A stretch of 55,036 bases of DNA, filler included, from Bipalium vagum (Eukaryota): the NCBI GenBank assembly GCA_037834085.1. It is 3 parts of 3 records of this genome, joined end to end, with 100 filler letters (N's around TTAATTAATTAA, not from the genome) between each part and the next. Parts side by side here need not be neighbours in the genome. Positions count along the whole stretch, not along the records: positions 1 to 15,703 come from JBBMKC010150701.1; 2 more parts are not named here. One strand, given 5' to 3'. Below the pieces are notes generated by a model. That model saw only the letters and a program-made list of their open reading frames with translations. It was not told where the DNA came from and did not search any database. This document shows, piece by piece, positions 1-10,937 of this stretch. Each line of letters begins with the position of its first letter. Position 1 is the stretch's first letter. The position numbers and the translations under genes are program-made.

Positions 1-860
1 CATGTCCTGCTTTTTTAGCTGCTAAATATTTGCTTAAAGTTACAAACTGATCAAGAGAATGTTTTGGTTTGTAAATTATGACGAAGTCACGAGCAGCTTC
101 ACTGTGATTATAACCTTCTCCTTCTCTTTTTATTTGTTGTTTTTCATTCAATTTCTTTTGAATATTTTTTATATATAATGATTTTATAGAACCTTTAACA
201 AATTTTGTGAAATCTAAATATGAAGCTAAATTTTTATCATTAAATTCTTTTTTCCACCGATCATTATAAATATCTGAATAATATTTTCCTTCCAACAAAG
301 ACTTAAAACCAGTTGTTAAAGTTAACCAATTATCAGAATTTTGATGTATCATAGAAATTTCATTATTCTTATATTTTGTTAATTCGAACTTAATTATTTA
401 TTGTCATAAAATTATAAGTTGAAGAGTATTTGGTAAATCTGAATTAATATCAAAATGTTCAAAAAAATTAACATCTTCATATTTAGGAGGAAGATCAATC
501 TTTTTATTAAAAATATTATCAGTTGTTTCACCTTTAATTTTAGCTTCAATTTGTTTTTGTTCACTAAATTCTTCAGTTAAAATAGAAGTATTTTTCTTAA
601 CTTTTTCTTTGTCTGTTTGTTCTTTTTCGTTTTGTATACCAAAATTATTAGAGAGTCTGTCTCGTAAAATTTTTGTTTCTTGTTTAGATTTATTAGATAT
701 ATCAGTTACAGGTTTATGAAAAATTGTTAAATCCTGTTGTAATCCTCTTTTTTCTTTCCATTAATTTAATTGATTAGTTTCAAATTTATTTTTTCCGGAA
801 TTAAATTTTTTAACTGTTTAATTCCTTTTTAAGGTAGATTAAATTTTGATTTGCATCCAT
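1..860 (-). pseudogene. Maverick conserved coiled-coil ORF (C-terminal KYLAAKKAGH motif), frameshifted
   Basis: ATG at 860 (MDANQN...), later ...LDQFVTLSKYLAAKKAGH at the window edge. Homologous to 11173-11830 (MDANEN...QFVTLRKYLSVKKAGHDN). Confidence 0.75.
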
Positions 861-899
861 TTTTTTAAAAATATTTTGACAAAAAATAAATATATTATT

Positions 900-1103
900 T
901 TATACAAAACTTTGTATTCCCATGGAAATTCATAATGCAGCAAAGCTGCAATGGCTACGGGGAATAGTCATAATATTCAATTTCCAAAAATTCATAAATA
1001 TCTTGAAGAAATTGAATTTCAATATTTTTTAAAATAGGAAAAATTTTTAACAAATATAAAATTTTATTTAATTTAAAAATTTACCATTATATAAAACACT
1101 CAT
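900..1103 (-). pseudogene. Small Maverick ORF of unknown function
   Basis: ATG at 1103; ...FLEIEYY/EFPWE aligns with 10938-11123 (...FLEIEYYIFPRE). Confidence 0.6.
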
Positions 1104-1144
1104 TTTTTAAAAAAATTAATTTTTATAAACTTTAAACTTTTTTT

Positions 1145-1831
1145 AGATACTCTTTTTTCAATTCTATTTTCAATTCTATTTTCAATTCTTTCTTTGTTTC
1201 ATTTTTAACATTTTCAATAATATTACCATTTTTTTATTTTTTTTAATATTTTCTTTACATTCATTAATAATTATTTTTGCTTATTCAATTTCTTCATTAG
1301 TTAATATTTTATCTTCTAATGCTTTCATTTGAAAAATATAAAGTTTACTAATTGAATTTTCTATTGATTCACAATTTCACAATTTCTCTATAAAGTTATT
1401 TTCTTTTACTTGTAATATTTTTACTAATTGTTTCAGTAATAAATAAATTTAATGCAGTAAAAAATTAAGTACAAATTGGAATATAAATAACTAATCTAAT
1501 ACCTAAAAAAGAAACTCCTGCCATTATTGCAGATCCAACTCCAACAATTCATGTTACAACATTTGTACAGAATTTTAAATGTGAATCATTTAGTATATTT
1601 AAATTTTAATTTGTTATAATATGTTGATAAGTCTTCTAAAACTTTTTTTTCATTCATAAAATTTTCGATTTTTAATTTTTCAAGTTAATCTATTAAAGGA
1701 TTAGAAAATCTATCAGATTCAAAGTTTTCATCTTCATAAATAAATTTATTTTCTAAATTTGGATAAAGCGACCGAAGGTCTAGACAACTCTGTTGTCGTT
1801 TTTCAAAAGGAGCAGTTGATTCAATTTCCAT
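1145..1831 (-). pseudogene. Maverick membrane/coiled-coil ORF (possibly the adintovirus GasderminX-type family)
   Basis: MEIESTAPF...YYNKLKFKYTK, Gly/Ala-rich hydrophobic segment (VGVGSAIMAGVSFLG), then KALEDKILTNEEIE. Homologous to 10160-10868. Family name is from memory of the motif and is not verified. Confidence 0.6.
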
Positions 1832-1899
1832 TTTTTAATATAAATTTTAAAAAAAGGAAAGATTATTTTAGTACTTTACATTGTAAAGAATTGAAAAGT

Positions 1900-2178
1900 C
1901 TCAGAACGTTACATTGTAGCGTATATTTGAATAAAACTTTTTCATAATAATTTCAATCTCTTCCACTTTTAAATAAATTTCTTTAAAAAATTAGGATTTC
2001 ATAATTTCTTATATTTTTTGAATTAAATTGAAATTCATACTTACTATTTGATGGAAAAATTGTTGAATATTTTTTTTCTGAATTATAGAAAAAATGTGAA
2101 TGTGTTGGAAAAGTAAGTGATTTAGTACATTTTAAAAATATTAAATCGGTTCCGAATTTAGATTCTGTTATTTCTGTT
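1900..2178 (-). pseudogene. Degenerate homologue of the 9661-10152 Maverick ORF
   Basis: Reverse complement contains TATAATTCAGAAAAAAAATATTCAACAATTTTTCCA and TTATGAAATC, matching the 9964-10055 region. Confidence 0.7.
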
Positions 2179-2967
2179 CATATAAAGGTATGAAATCCAG
2201 GCTTTGCCTTTTGCCAAGTTTGTTGGACTTTTGTTTTAAAGTTTAAAATTTCTAAAGGATTAATTTTTTCATTATTTTTTGGAAGCAAGCCTTTGGCTCT
2301 AGCACATTTGGTGCGCTTTGCTTCCGAGAGCGGAGCTCGCAATTTTATTTTTTTCGGATTTTCACTTGATTCATTTGAGGAAATTCCAATTGATGAATGA
2401 ATTTTGTTGTTATAGAAATTAATTAAATTTGGTAAAAGATGTAACCATTTTCGATTTCCTTGTTCTGTAAATTTTTTAAACATTAAATTTTTTAGAGTTC
2501 TATTAAATCTTTCAATGACAACTGCTTTTCCTTCATTCTCTGTTGAGTAAATTTTTATGTCGTTATTATCACAAAAATCTTCAAAAGTTTTATTGTAAAA
2601 TTCTGTTCCTTTATCTACCCAAAGTTTTTCTGGAACTCTATTAGAATCTTCAAATATTTTATCAAATGCATCTGTAATTGTTTGACCTGATTTATTTTTT
2701 AAAAGAACATCAAATGCAAAACGAGTATATAAATCAATAACTGTTAGAATTATTTTAATTTTTTTCTACTGGGACAAATGTTAATTTTACTTTTAAGAAA
2801 ATTTTTGTTTTTTTTAAATTCTTTAGAAGTTCATTTGCTAATTGTTTACTTTTTTCAAGAGGAAGAATTTTTGAGTTTTCAAATAATTTTTCATTTGCTA
2901 GCCACTTTGAAGATCTTTCTAATCCTAAACCTAAAGCGACCTTTCCTTTCATAATTAACTCTTTCAA
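2178..2967 (-). pseudogene. Polinton-type retroviral-like (rve/DDE) integrase, N-terminal part of the core deleted
   Basis: Open reading 2755->2178: IILTVIDLYTRFAFDVLLKNKSGQTITDAFDKIF...PEKLWVDKGTEFYNKTF...IYSTENEGKAVVIERFNRTLKNLMFKKFTEQGNRKWLHLLPNLINFYNNKIHSSIG. LANELLK N-terminal motif upstream. The first catalytic Asp segment (W-x-A-D-L) is missing. Confidence 0.93.
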
Positions 2968-3335
2968 GTTTTTTTCTTGGAGTTGGATTTTGAATATTGC
3001 TCATTTCATGAATCATTTCTACATCTGCAACATGTCGATCTTTTAAATCTGTTGACATATATTTCATATCATGTTTCATTGCTGCTTGATAAACTCGATT
3101 TATTGGAATTGGGAGAATTGATAAATCTTGATTTTCATTATAATTTTTACGATTTCATTATAGTTTTCTAAACATTTATCAACATGAGATCCAGGTCCTG
3201 GAAAATTGTAAACTGGATTTGTTTTATTTAAAGGATTAAAAGACTTTAAATGTAATTCTCCAGGATATTTTCCTGTTGTAAATTTTTCTAGAAATTTATT
3301 ATTTGTAATTTGTGATTGAATATCTCCTCCTGTTT
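2950..3335 (-). pseudogene. Parvovirus VP1u-like phospholipase A2 domain (adintovirus PLA2X)
   Basis: YPGELHL...YNFPGPGSH (Ca-binding-loop-like YxGPG), then after a frameshift PINRVYQAAMKHDMKY...DRHVADVEMI (HDxxY catalytic motif and downstream AD). Confidence 0.88.
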
Positions 3336-3649
3336 TTATAAAAAAGATAGAAATCTTTCTTAAATTTTTTGAATAATAGTTTTATTCCTCCCTTTAGAAA
3401 GATCCTCCAGTTTTGGAGGAGGAAGATTAATCTCCGATTTTGGAGGAGGAGACCTCCTAATTGAAGAATTATCTATTTTTCTACTATTTAAAAAATGTAT
3501 ATGTATTTTCATGTCTACTTTTATTTTTTTTAAAATACTTGTATCACTAAAATTCGCAATACAATTTTTCAACCATTTTTTAATTTTAAAATTTATTTAT
3601 TTAAAAATTTAAGTAATTTGTTTTGATAAAATCGACTGATAATATTTTA

Positions 3650-3973
3650 TAACTAGGCCATTCCATTTTCTTTTTTTTCTTAGTAGGCTGCAATTTCTCA
3701 TAAAAATTATTTTTTATAGTTCGCATTATAGCTTTCAGTTTTTGTACTTGTTGATTCGGTACATCATCGCCTTCTAAAATCTAATACTTTTATTTTTATC
3801 TAGTAAGGGTGTGTTTTCAATCTCCACCCTTTCATTTACTCTTTACATTTGCTCACTTGAAAGACATACTACTTTTCTTTTTATCTTCCTCAAGTGAGTG
3901 GCAATGCAAGGTAATAGTGTAGTTTCATGTAACCGCATCAGATATTTCTTCAAATTTCTGTAACTAAACCATA
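3650..3973 (-). pseudogene. Probable downstream continuation of the glycoprotein remnant beyond the Tigger insertion
   Basis: Removing 3976-5801 plus one TA joins ...YYDN to IWFSYRNL... The remainder is degenerate and lacks diagnostic motifs. Confidence 0.35.
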
Positions 3974-3975
3974 TA

Positions 3976-5801
3976 CAATAGATTTCGCCTAAAAAGAACA
4001 AAATCTGGTAAAAAGAACTTTTTGGTTCAAAAATGGAATTTTCCCCAAAGTTTTAGTGTAAAAGTTCTCTTTACCCGATTATCGGTTAAAGAGAACATTT
4101 TTTATTTTGATTTTATTTTTTTCAAAATACATTTTATTTTAGACAGTAAACATATAATTTAATTCTTTTTGTTTTAAAAAGATAATTGATTAGAAAGTAA
4201 TCTGATTAAAGGTTATTTGGTTAATTGAAAATATTATTTTACTTAAAAATTTAAGGCCATAATGAAATCCAGGACGATTCTAACAAACAGAAATTTGAAA
4301 TTCTAGCACTTTTTGAGCAAGGAGAAAGTCAAGCATCATTGGCCAGAAAATATAAAATATCTCCTTCATTAATATCAAACAGTTGTCACAAGAAAAGGGA
4401 AAAAGTACTTGAGGCTTACAGTTCCAGGCCTTCATCAACCAAGAAACTGAAAAAATCTTTTTATGATGATTTAGATATTCAGTTAAGGGATTGATATTTG
4501 CTGCAACGATCTAAAAAGATACCCATTAACAGTGTATTACTTATTGAAAAAGCCAAATCAAATTGCAAAATACCTAAAGATTCAAAATTTTACTTTTACA
4601 ATGAGTTGGATCCAACGTTTCCCTTGTTTTCGGATCAATTTCTGGAGAACCTGGTGACGTAAATAATGAATTGGTGGCGTCGTGGATTAAAAATGAATGG
4701 CCGGAAATTAGGAAAGGTTATGGTAACAAAGATATTTTTAATGCAGATGAAACGGGATTATTTTATAGGCTTTTGCCAAATAAAACAATTAAGGTTAAAG
4801 GAGAAAGGTGCATTGGAGGCCAGTTATCCAAGAATAACTTTGTTATTTTGTGCAAGTATGGAAGGTGAAAAATTTCCTCCATTAATAATTGGAAAATCAA
4901 AAAATCCCCGATGTTTTAAAAATGTTGATATTACTTCCCTAAATTATAAAAACAATCAGAATGCATGGATGACATCAACAATTTTTTCAATTGGATTATT
5001 TCATTGGATTTTAAATTAAGAAAAATTGGAAGAAATATTATTTTATTAGACAATTGTTCTTCCCATCCTCCGTTATATCAATCTTTAGTTGATTTTTATG
5101 CCTCCAAATACTGCAAGTTGCAGCCTTTTAATGCCGGGATTATCAATGCTTTTAAACAGTATTATAAAAAAGAATTGTTACAAAAATGATTCACTTTTAT
5201 GATTCCTATCCAGAAGAAAAATTTAAAGTATTCTTGATGCAATTAGCATAGTTAAAATGGCTTGGTCAAAAGTAAGCTGTAATACCATAAAAAATTGTTT
5301 TAGGCATCCTGGTTTCGACGAAGTGGTTGAAGAAATGGCAAAAAATGAAAATATTTCATTTGATATAGAAATATTTTGAAAAGCATAACTCGTTTACTAT
5401 TATTTTGTTAATGCTGAAGAAAATTTTGTAACAGAAAATGCCAATGGACAGGAAGTAGAATTAAATTTTTCATTATCTGATACGTCAGATAACAATGAAT
5501 GTGTTCAGCTTCCCAACATTCATAAAGCATTTGAGTGCATTGCAACAATTAGTTCTTTTTTTATTCAAATCAGGATAGAACTGACCATTTACAGGAAAGT
5601 TTAATAGTAATTCAATCAGATTTTACTCAAGAAATAAAACAGCGAAAAATAACTGAGTTTATTTTTTTTAAAAAAATGTGTTGATTAGTAAAGTTTTTTT
5701 AAAAATTATCCTTTTAAAAATGTATCTGTTAAAGAGAAATATTGGATATAAAGAACATTTTTTCAATTCCCAAAAATATTCACTTTAAGCGGGATCTACT
5801 G
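3976..5801 (+). mobile_element. pogo/Tigger DNA transposon, full length but decayed
   Basis: TA-flanked imperfect TIRs CAATAGATTTCGCCTAAA (3976) / CAGTAGATCCCGCTTAAA (reverse complement ending 5801). Transposase fragments: HTH near 4262, DIFNADETGLFYRLLP, RITLLFCASMEGEKFPPLIIGKSKNPRCFK, NAWMT, IILLDNCSSHP, LQPFNAGIINAFK. Confidence 0.93.
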
Positions 5802-5803
5802 TA

Positions 5804-6232
5804 TTGTCATAATACTTTACCACAAAAACTAGGTTTTCTATATTTCTCTTCCGTATATGCACCATTGTATCCTATAATTCCTCCTTTAGTTATTGCTTGA
5901 TTTACACCCATTTTTGTTTTTAATACCAATCTAGAAGCAATCTGTAATTTTCCCGTCACATAAGCTGACTCAGTCTCCTAAATCACTTCAACTGGTGTAA
6001 GACTCGCTTACAAGAAAGGTGTTCTGTTATGATATCCGCAATGATATTCAAACTTTGCTTTTATCACAATGCACTCTTTATGAAATTGCTCTTCGAAATT
6101 TCGTTTCTTGATGTGAACATTCTTCAATGTCTACCAAAGAATAATTCCTTTCCATTTTCAGTTTCGTACAGTCGTATGATAACAAATCGTTTGATTTAAC
6201 GTATTAAAAATCATTATCAACATTGCCGACAT
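5804..6232 (-). pseudogene. Chuvirus-like / gB-type class III viral fusion glycoprotein, N-terminal remnant
   Basis: Short hydrophobic leader, then LLSYDCTKLKMERNYSLVDIEEC, then (frameshift) ECIVIKAKFEYHCGYH...AYVTGKL...GGIIGYNGAY. Matches from memory the YDC-x9/10-SLxDIxEC and C-x9-HCG pattern of chuvirus G and related LTR-element env proteins. Contains stops. Confidence 0.7.
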
Positions 6233-6426
6233 CCACTGCTCGGACTCTTATTATTTATTTAATTTTTACATTTTTTAAAAATCTACACTACCGAAATTTT
6301 AAAAATCTGTAAACTTTGGGTATGGTGGTCATTCCAAGATCAAATATATGTAATGTAGGTTTCTTTAATGAAGAAATAAACGGAAAAAAACTAAAAATTT
6401 TATTTTTTGTTAGAAAAAATAATTAT

Positions 6427-8780
6427 TTAACGAGTTAATGTAACGTTAGTTTGATTGATGGACGGAAATGCATTTGTTTTGCTCATTACCAATTTCTGCT
6501 GCTGGTGAGCCAAATATCCCTTGATTTTATTCTAAAACAATAAAAATTTTAAATATATTTTTGTTAAATGTAAAATGAAAGTAATTGTCATGTTGTATTC
6601 AAAACGGAAAACATTAAAACACAATTATAGATAAAAACAAACAGGACAGATTCGTTAGCTTTTAATAATAAATTCCAGAAGTCTCCTTAATTATCAGAAT
6701 ATCAATACTGACTTTAAAACTTTCGTCGATTTTATTCTCTAAAATGCACAATAAAAATAATATAAAGAATTGATTTCAAAATCTTTTTGTTGTAGTATTA
6801 ATTGATCAACGATTCTTTTTTCTAATAAAAGTTTTTTATTTGGAATATAATTTTGTCCTAACAAGTTCTCTTAAATTGTTATTCTTTGAAATTTTGTTCG
6901 TGATATTTTTTCGTGGTTTGCTCTCTATATTAAAAGTTATACAGATTTTAAAGTATTAACTTTCATTGTTTTAATAATAAACTATGCAATCAACCATAGA
7001 GATTAATAAATGGTACCAATGGAAATTGAAAATAAAAAATGACTGAATTTTGAAATTATTTTAACAAACTATCTATTATCACAAATTCTTACTTCAAATA
7101 TCAAATTAGCCAAAATACATTCGGTTTCATCAATATCAATGTCTAAAATACCGACAAATTTCAGGGCATCTGAAAATGCTGCTATTGGTATCATATGGCT
7201 TCCAATCATGGTGTAACTATTATGAAAAGAATACATGAATCAATACAAATATGGTTAATAATCCAAACACTGTTTTAAACAGATTGCGATAGGCAATATA
7301 TTTCAACTTCTCCAAAATTAAATACACTCCACAACTGATAAAAAATGGTCCATTGCTATTTAATTCTGCATCCAAATTGCACAAGTCACCCATTTTGACA
7401 CTTTTAACAACTCCACTGAATTCTTTCAAATTATATTTTTCAAGGAGCCTGTCACTGGGGAAATTACCCTAAAAAAAATTTAATCGATAAAATGTCTTTC
7501 TTTATAATTCTTACCAAAAGCATTTTTACTGGTATGAGATAAATAAGAATCAAACGCTTGTTTTTAACATAATCCTGATGACAATTTTCAAATGCAAATG
7601 TCAAACATTCATTTGCTTTTTGAAAATTATCGTCAAACATACATTTACGTCCAACATAATAATTGTATGTTACTTGTTGAGATATACTGAACTTATCAAT
7701 GAGACCCAAGTTTTCTATAGCCAAAATGAGTGGTTTGCATAGATTTAATTGACTTATCTAAAACATTCAATTTTTGTTTTTAAAAAAATTAGAAATATTT
7801 AAGATTTAGTTATTTTATTTAATTAATATTTAATAATAAAAATATCCACAAAATATAACATTTATAACGAATTCTATCCATCAAATAGTTTTCATTTCAT
7901 TTTAAAAAATATTAACAGTATTTTTTCTTGTATACTTGAACTTTGATGAAACAAAAATCATAAAAAATAATCTTTACTGTGAAAAATATCTTGAACAACT
8001 GGTTGCACAAGACCATCATCCCCATTTTCTTTGACGTTTCTAAATTGGTTCGACTAGAATTTTTTATCAACATACAATACTTAATATACTATCATACCTA
8101 TCACTAACACATTTCCGAAATAATTTCATCAGACAATCAGTAGCTTTTTTCATATTTTCACCTGCAGTACTATGATGTCTTGCTTGAGAATCAATCCCGT
8201 AATCAATAGCATGAGCAAGGCATCGGAGATCAACAGTAATTACTGTCATCACTGGTAAGAACCAATTATCATCTTTTATTTGTTCAAACAGTTCAGAAAA
8301 AATTGTAAATAAAAGTTAAGAAATATAAATTAACTTCGAATAATACATATATTAATAAAAGGATATTCTATTAATTGAAATTGTTCTTCAAGTGCACTTT
8401 TCAAGTCCTTGTTATTAAGACGAGTCAGGACACTGGATGTTTAGATAAGAAATAATAATTAATAAGGAACAAACTTTAAGTGACAGGCTATCATCTCACG
8501 CCAAGGGACAAACTGTTTCCCCATTTTCATTTTCTCCGGAGCAAATGGAATTAAAGTTGGATCTTGAATATGTTTATCATTTAGATCAAACAATTTCTGC
8601 AAGTTGAATTTATTTTCAAGAAATTAAATATTTTATTTCTTACTGCTAATTCTTCTCCATTAAGTGCTTTAACATTTCTTGCAACCTATTCAATAATTAG
8701 GAATTAATAAGTAAACAATGGTTAGACAGATTAATCTAAATTATAATAATTACAGCTGATATGAATGATTCTATTGTCAT
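6427..8780 (-). CDS. PCID2: PCI domain-containing protein 2 (TREX-2 subunit, Thp1/CSN12 homologue), 10 coding exons, 403 aa
   Basis: Exons 8780-8754, 8685-8644, 8596-8475, 8432-8367, 8304-8098, 8053-7978, 7757-7515, 7468-7269, 7216-7093, 6531-6427 sum to 1212 nt in one open frame. Motifs: NWFLPVM...[106 protein letters not shown]. Confidence 0.96.
8305..8366 (-). other. U12-type (minor spliceosome) AT-AC intron, 62 nt, PCID2 intron 4
   Basis: 5' site ATATCCTTTT at 8366, branch motif TTTCTTAAC at 8323-8315, terminal AC at 8306-8305. Removal restores the frame (QFQLIE|[17 protein letters not shown]). Confidence 0.93.
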
Positions 8781-9155
8781 GTAATTAATGAAAAATCTTG
8801 AAATTTAATAAATATTATGATATTAAAACAATTATTTTAATTTTTGATCATTTAAAAATGTATTTTTTTTATTTAATAGATTTTAAAAATATATTAGATT
8901 GGTGTAGAAAAATAGTTTTTTGATTAATTTTATAGATAAAGTGATATTAGTTGCGCACTAACCTAATATAAAATCTGAAGAAATATTTTTAAAACTTATT
9001 TTGTATGTCTGTTTTTTAATTTTCATAGTTTTCTAAAAAATATATTTTTATTGGCTTTATTTGTGTCACTGATAGAAATATTTAGTCTATCAATAATTTT
9101 ACTTAAAAATGTATGAAAAATTTAATTTTCCAATTCAAATATTTGTGGCAATCTA

Positions 9156-9260
9156 CCGTGTTTCCCCTATTACAAGTGAGTGGCTTGTTTTGCACAATGT
9201 TTCAATTTAGTTTAATGGCTTATATTCGGGTATTGGCTTGTATTAGGTCTACAAATATGA
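9156..9260. mobile_element. Short pogo/Tc2-like terminal fragment
   Basis: TA|CCGTGTTTCCCCTATTACAAG terminus with internal GGCTTG repeats. The opposite end is unclear. Confidence 0.4.
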
Positions 9261-9660
9261 CTCCACAGTTTTTAATTTTTATAATTAAAATTAAAATGAA
9301 ATTATTTTTTGTATATTTGTTGTTGTTTAAATAATATTAACTTTGAGCTCTAATTATAATAATATAATAATTATTTAAATAGTTTGCACATCATTGATTT
9401 TTTACTATTTTAGATGACAACATTTGTGCTGGAAAATAACCATTTCCGGGAAGCTTTATTATTTTATTTTATTTAAAGAAAAATGATGCTGAATCATATA
9501 AATTACTAGTACAGACTTATGACAACAATTCTTTAGCTGATAAATAATAATAATAATAAAAATAATAATGTTTTGTTAGAAAATACTAAAAAAAGAATTC
9601 GAGGAATCTAAAAAAAAGTTAAAAGAATTAAAATCTTTTATTAATCAAATAAAACCTAAC

Positions 9661-10152
9661 ATGAAAGATTTTTATGCATTTAAAGATTATAAAAAATTAT
9701 ATGAAAAATTAAATCCTTGTTTTTGGAGGTCATATTGGAAGTCTTTTATATTTGAAATTACTACTGAAAAGACGACCTCTAGTCTGTTAAAAATTTATAA
9801 AGATAATATTGGATATTTTCAAGGAGAGTTAAGAACAGAAATAAAAAGTGAATTTACAATTTTTTTAGTTGCAGAAAAAAGCAATTATGAAATTAATAAT
9901 ATTATTAATTTTCGAACAATAGATAATTATCATGTTTTTAGTTGGTATAATAATAATAGGAACTATAATTCAGAAAAAAATATTCAACAATTTTTCCAAA
10001 AAAGTGATAATTATGTATTTCAATTTATTAAAAATATTAAAATTTATGAAATCATGATTTTTAGAAGAATTTTGTTAAAAAGTCAAATGGAAGAAGTTGA
10101 AGTTTTTTTGAAAAGATTTTATCCAAATATAAAATATGATGTAGAATTTTAA
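9661..10152 (+). CDS. Maverick hypothetical protein, 163 aa open frame
   Basis: Uninterrupted ORF with a degenerate homologue at 1900-2178 in remnant A, so it is part of the element. Function unknown. Confidence 0.55.
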   Translation: MKDFYAFKDYKKLYEKLNPCFWRSYWKSFIFEITTEKTTSSLLKIYKDNIGYFQGELRTEIKSEFTIFLVAEKSNYEINNIINFRTIDNYHVFSWYNNNRNYNSEKNIQQFFQKSDNYVFQFIKNIKIYEIMIFRRILLKSQMEEVEVFLKRFYPNIKYDVEF

Positions 10153-10159
10153 AAATAAA

Positions 10160-10868
10160 AATTGAAAACAAACTGCTCCTTTTTATCCTGTTTTACAAAA
10201 AAATTTCGCATATGAAGATGACAAAGAATCTTCTAATCAAACGAAGTTCATGGAGTATCTTAAATCCTCTAATCCATTAATTAATCCAGCGGAGCTTTAT
10301 GATAATCATATTATCAAGCAATTGGAAAAAAATAGAAATTTTTATGAATGAGAAAATAGTATTAGAAGATTTATTACCATATTATAAAAAATTAAAATTT
10401 AAATATACTAAAATAGATTCATATTTAAGATATGGGTGTATTTGTATTGGAGGTGTTTTAGAAATTGGATCAGCGAATATGACTGCTGTACCAACAATTG
10501 AAACTAGTTTATTAATATATATTCCTCTTTCAACTAGTATTCTAGGATCTGCAGAGTTACTTATTGGAGAAACAATTAGTAGAGGAATTACTTCTAAACG
10601 AAAATAATTTACAGAGAAATTTGTGCATCAATAGAAAATTCAATTAATAAACTATTTATTTCAGATAAAAGCTTTAGAAGATAAAATTTTAAGTAATGAC
10701 GAAATTGAACAAGGAAAAATAATCATTAATGAATGTAAAGAAGATATTAAAAAAATTAAAATTGGAAATATTATTGAAAATGTTCAAAAAGAAGCAAAAA
10801 GAGAATTGAAGTTAGAAATAAAAAAAGATCTGGAAGCTAAGATAAAAACGATACAACGCGACAACTAA
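10160..10868 (+). pseudogene. Maverick membrane/coiled-coil ORF (possibly GasderminX-type)
   Basis: TAPFYPVL...YYKKLKFKYTKIDSYLRYGCICIGGVLEIGSANMTAVPTIETSLLIYIPLSTSILGSAELLIGETISRGITSKRK, then KALEDKILSNDEIE. Homologue of 1145-1831. Confidence 0.6.
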
Positions 10869-10937
10869 GCTAACAAGAGGCCAAGCATCACACCTAGAAC
10901 ATCTTTGATGTTCAATTTATAAAAATATTTTTTAAAA

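Larger units (their letters stand above)
1..3600 (-). mobile_element. Maverick/Polinton (adintovirus-like) remnant A, truncated by the window edge
   Basis: Co-oriented minus-strand cluster of PLA2-like domain, rve integrase and four degenerate ORFs that align by eye with the ORF block of remnant B (9661-11830). No terminal inverted repeat seen. Confidence 0.9.

Noticed and set aside
1759-1947. Plus-strand 62-aa ORF (also 2977-3171, 23499-23759, 23889-24176, 33352-33597, 43309-43530, 43598-43804)
   Set aside because: Antisense shadows of recognisable genes or transposases on the opposite strand.
6640-6745. Possible alternative last exon of PCID2 (TTTTAGAGAATAAAATC resembles the real acceptor TTTTAGAATAAAATC)
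   Set aside because: Downstream sequence shows no PCI-domain similarity, and the match is short for AT-rich DNA.
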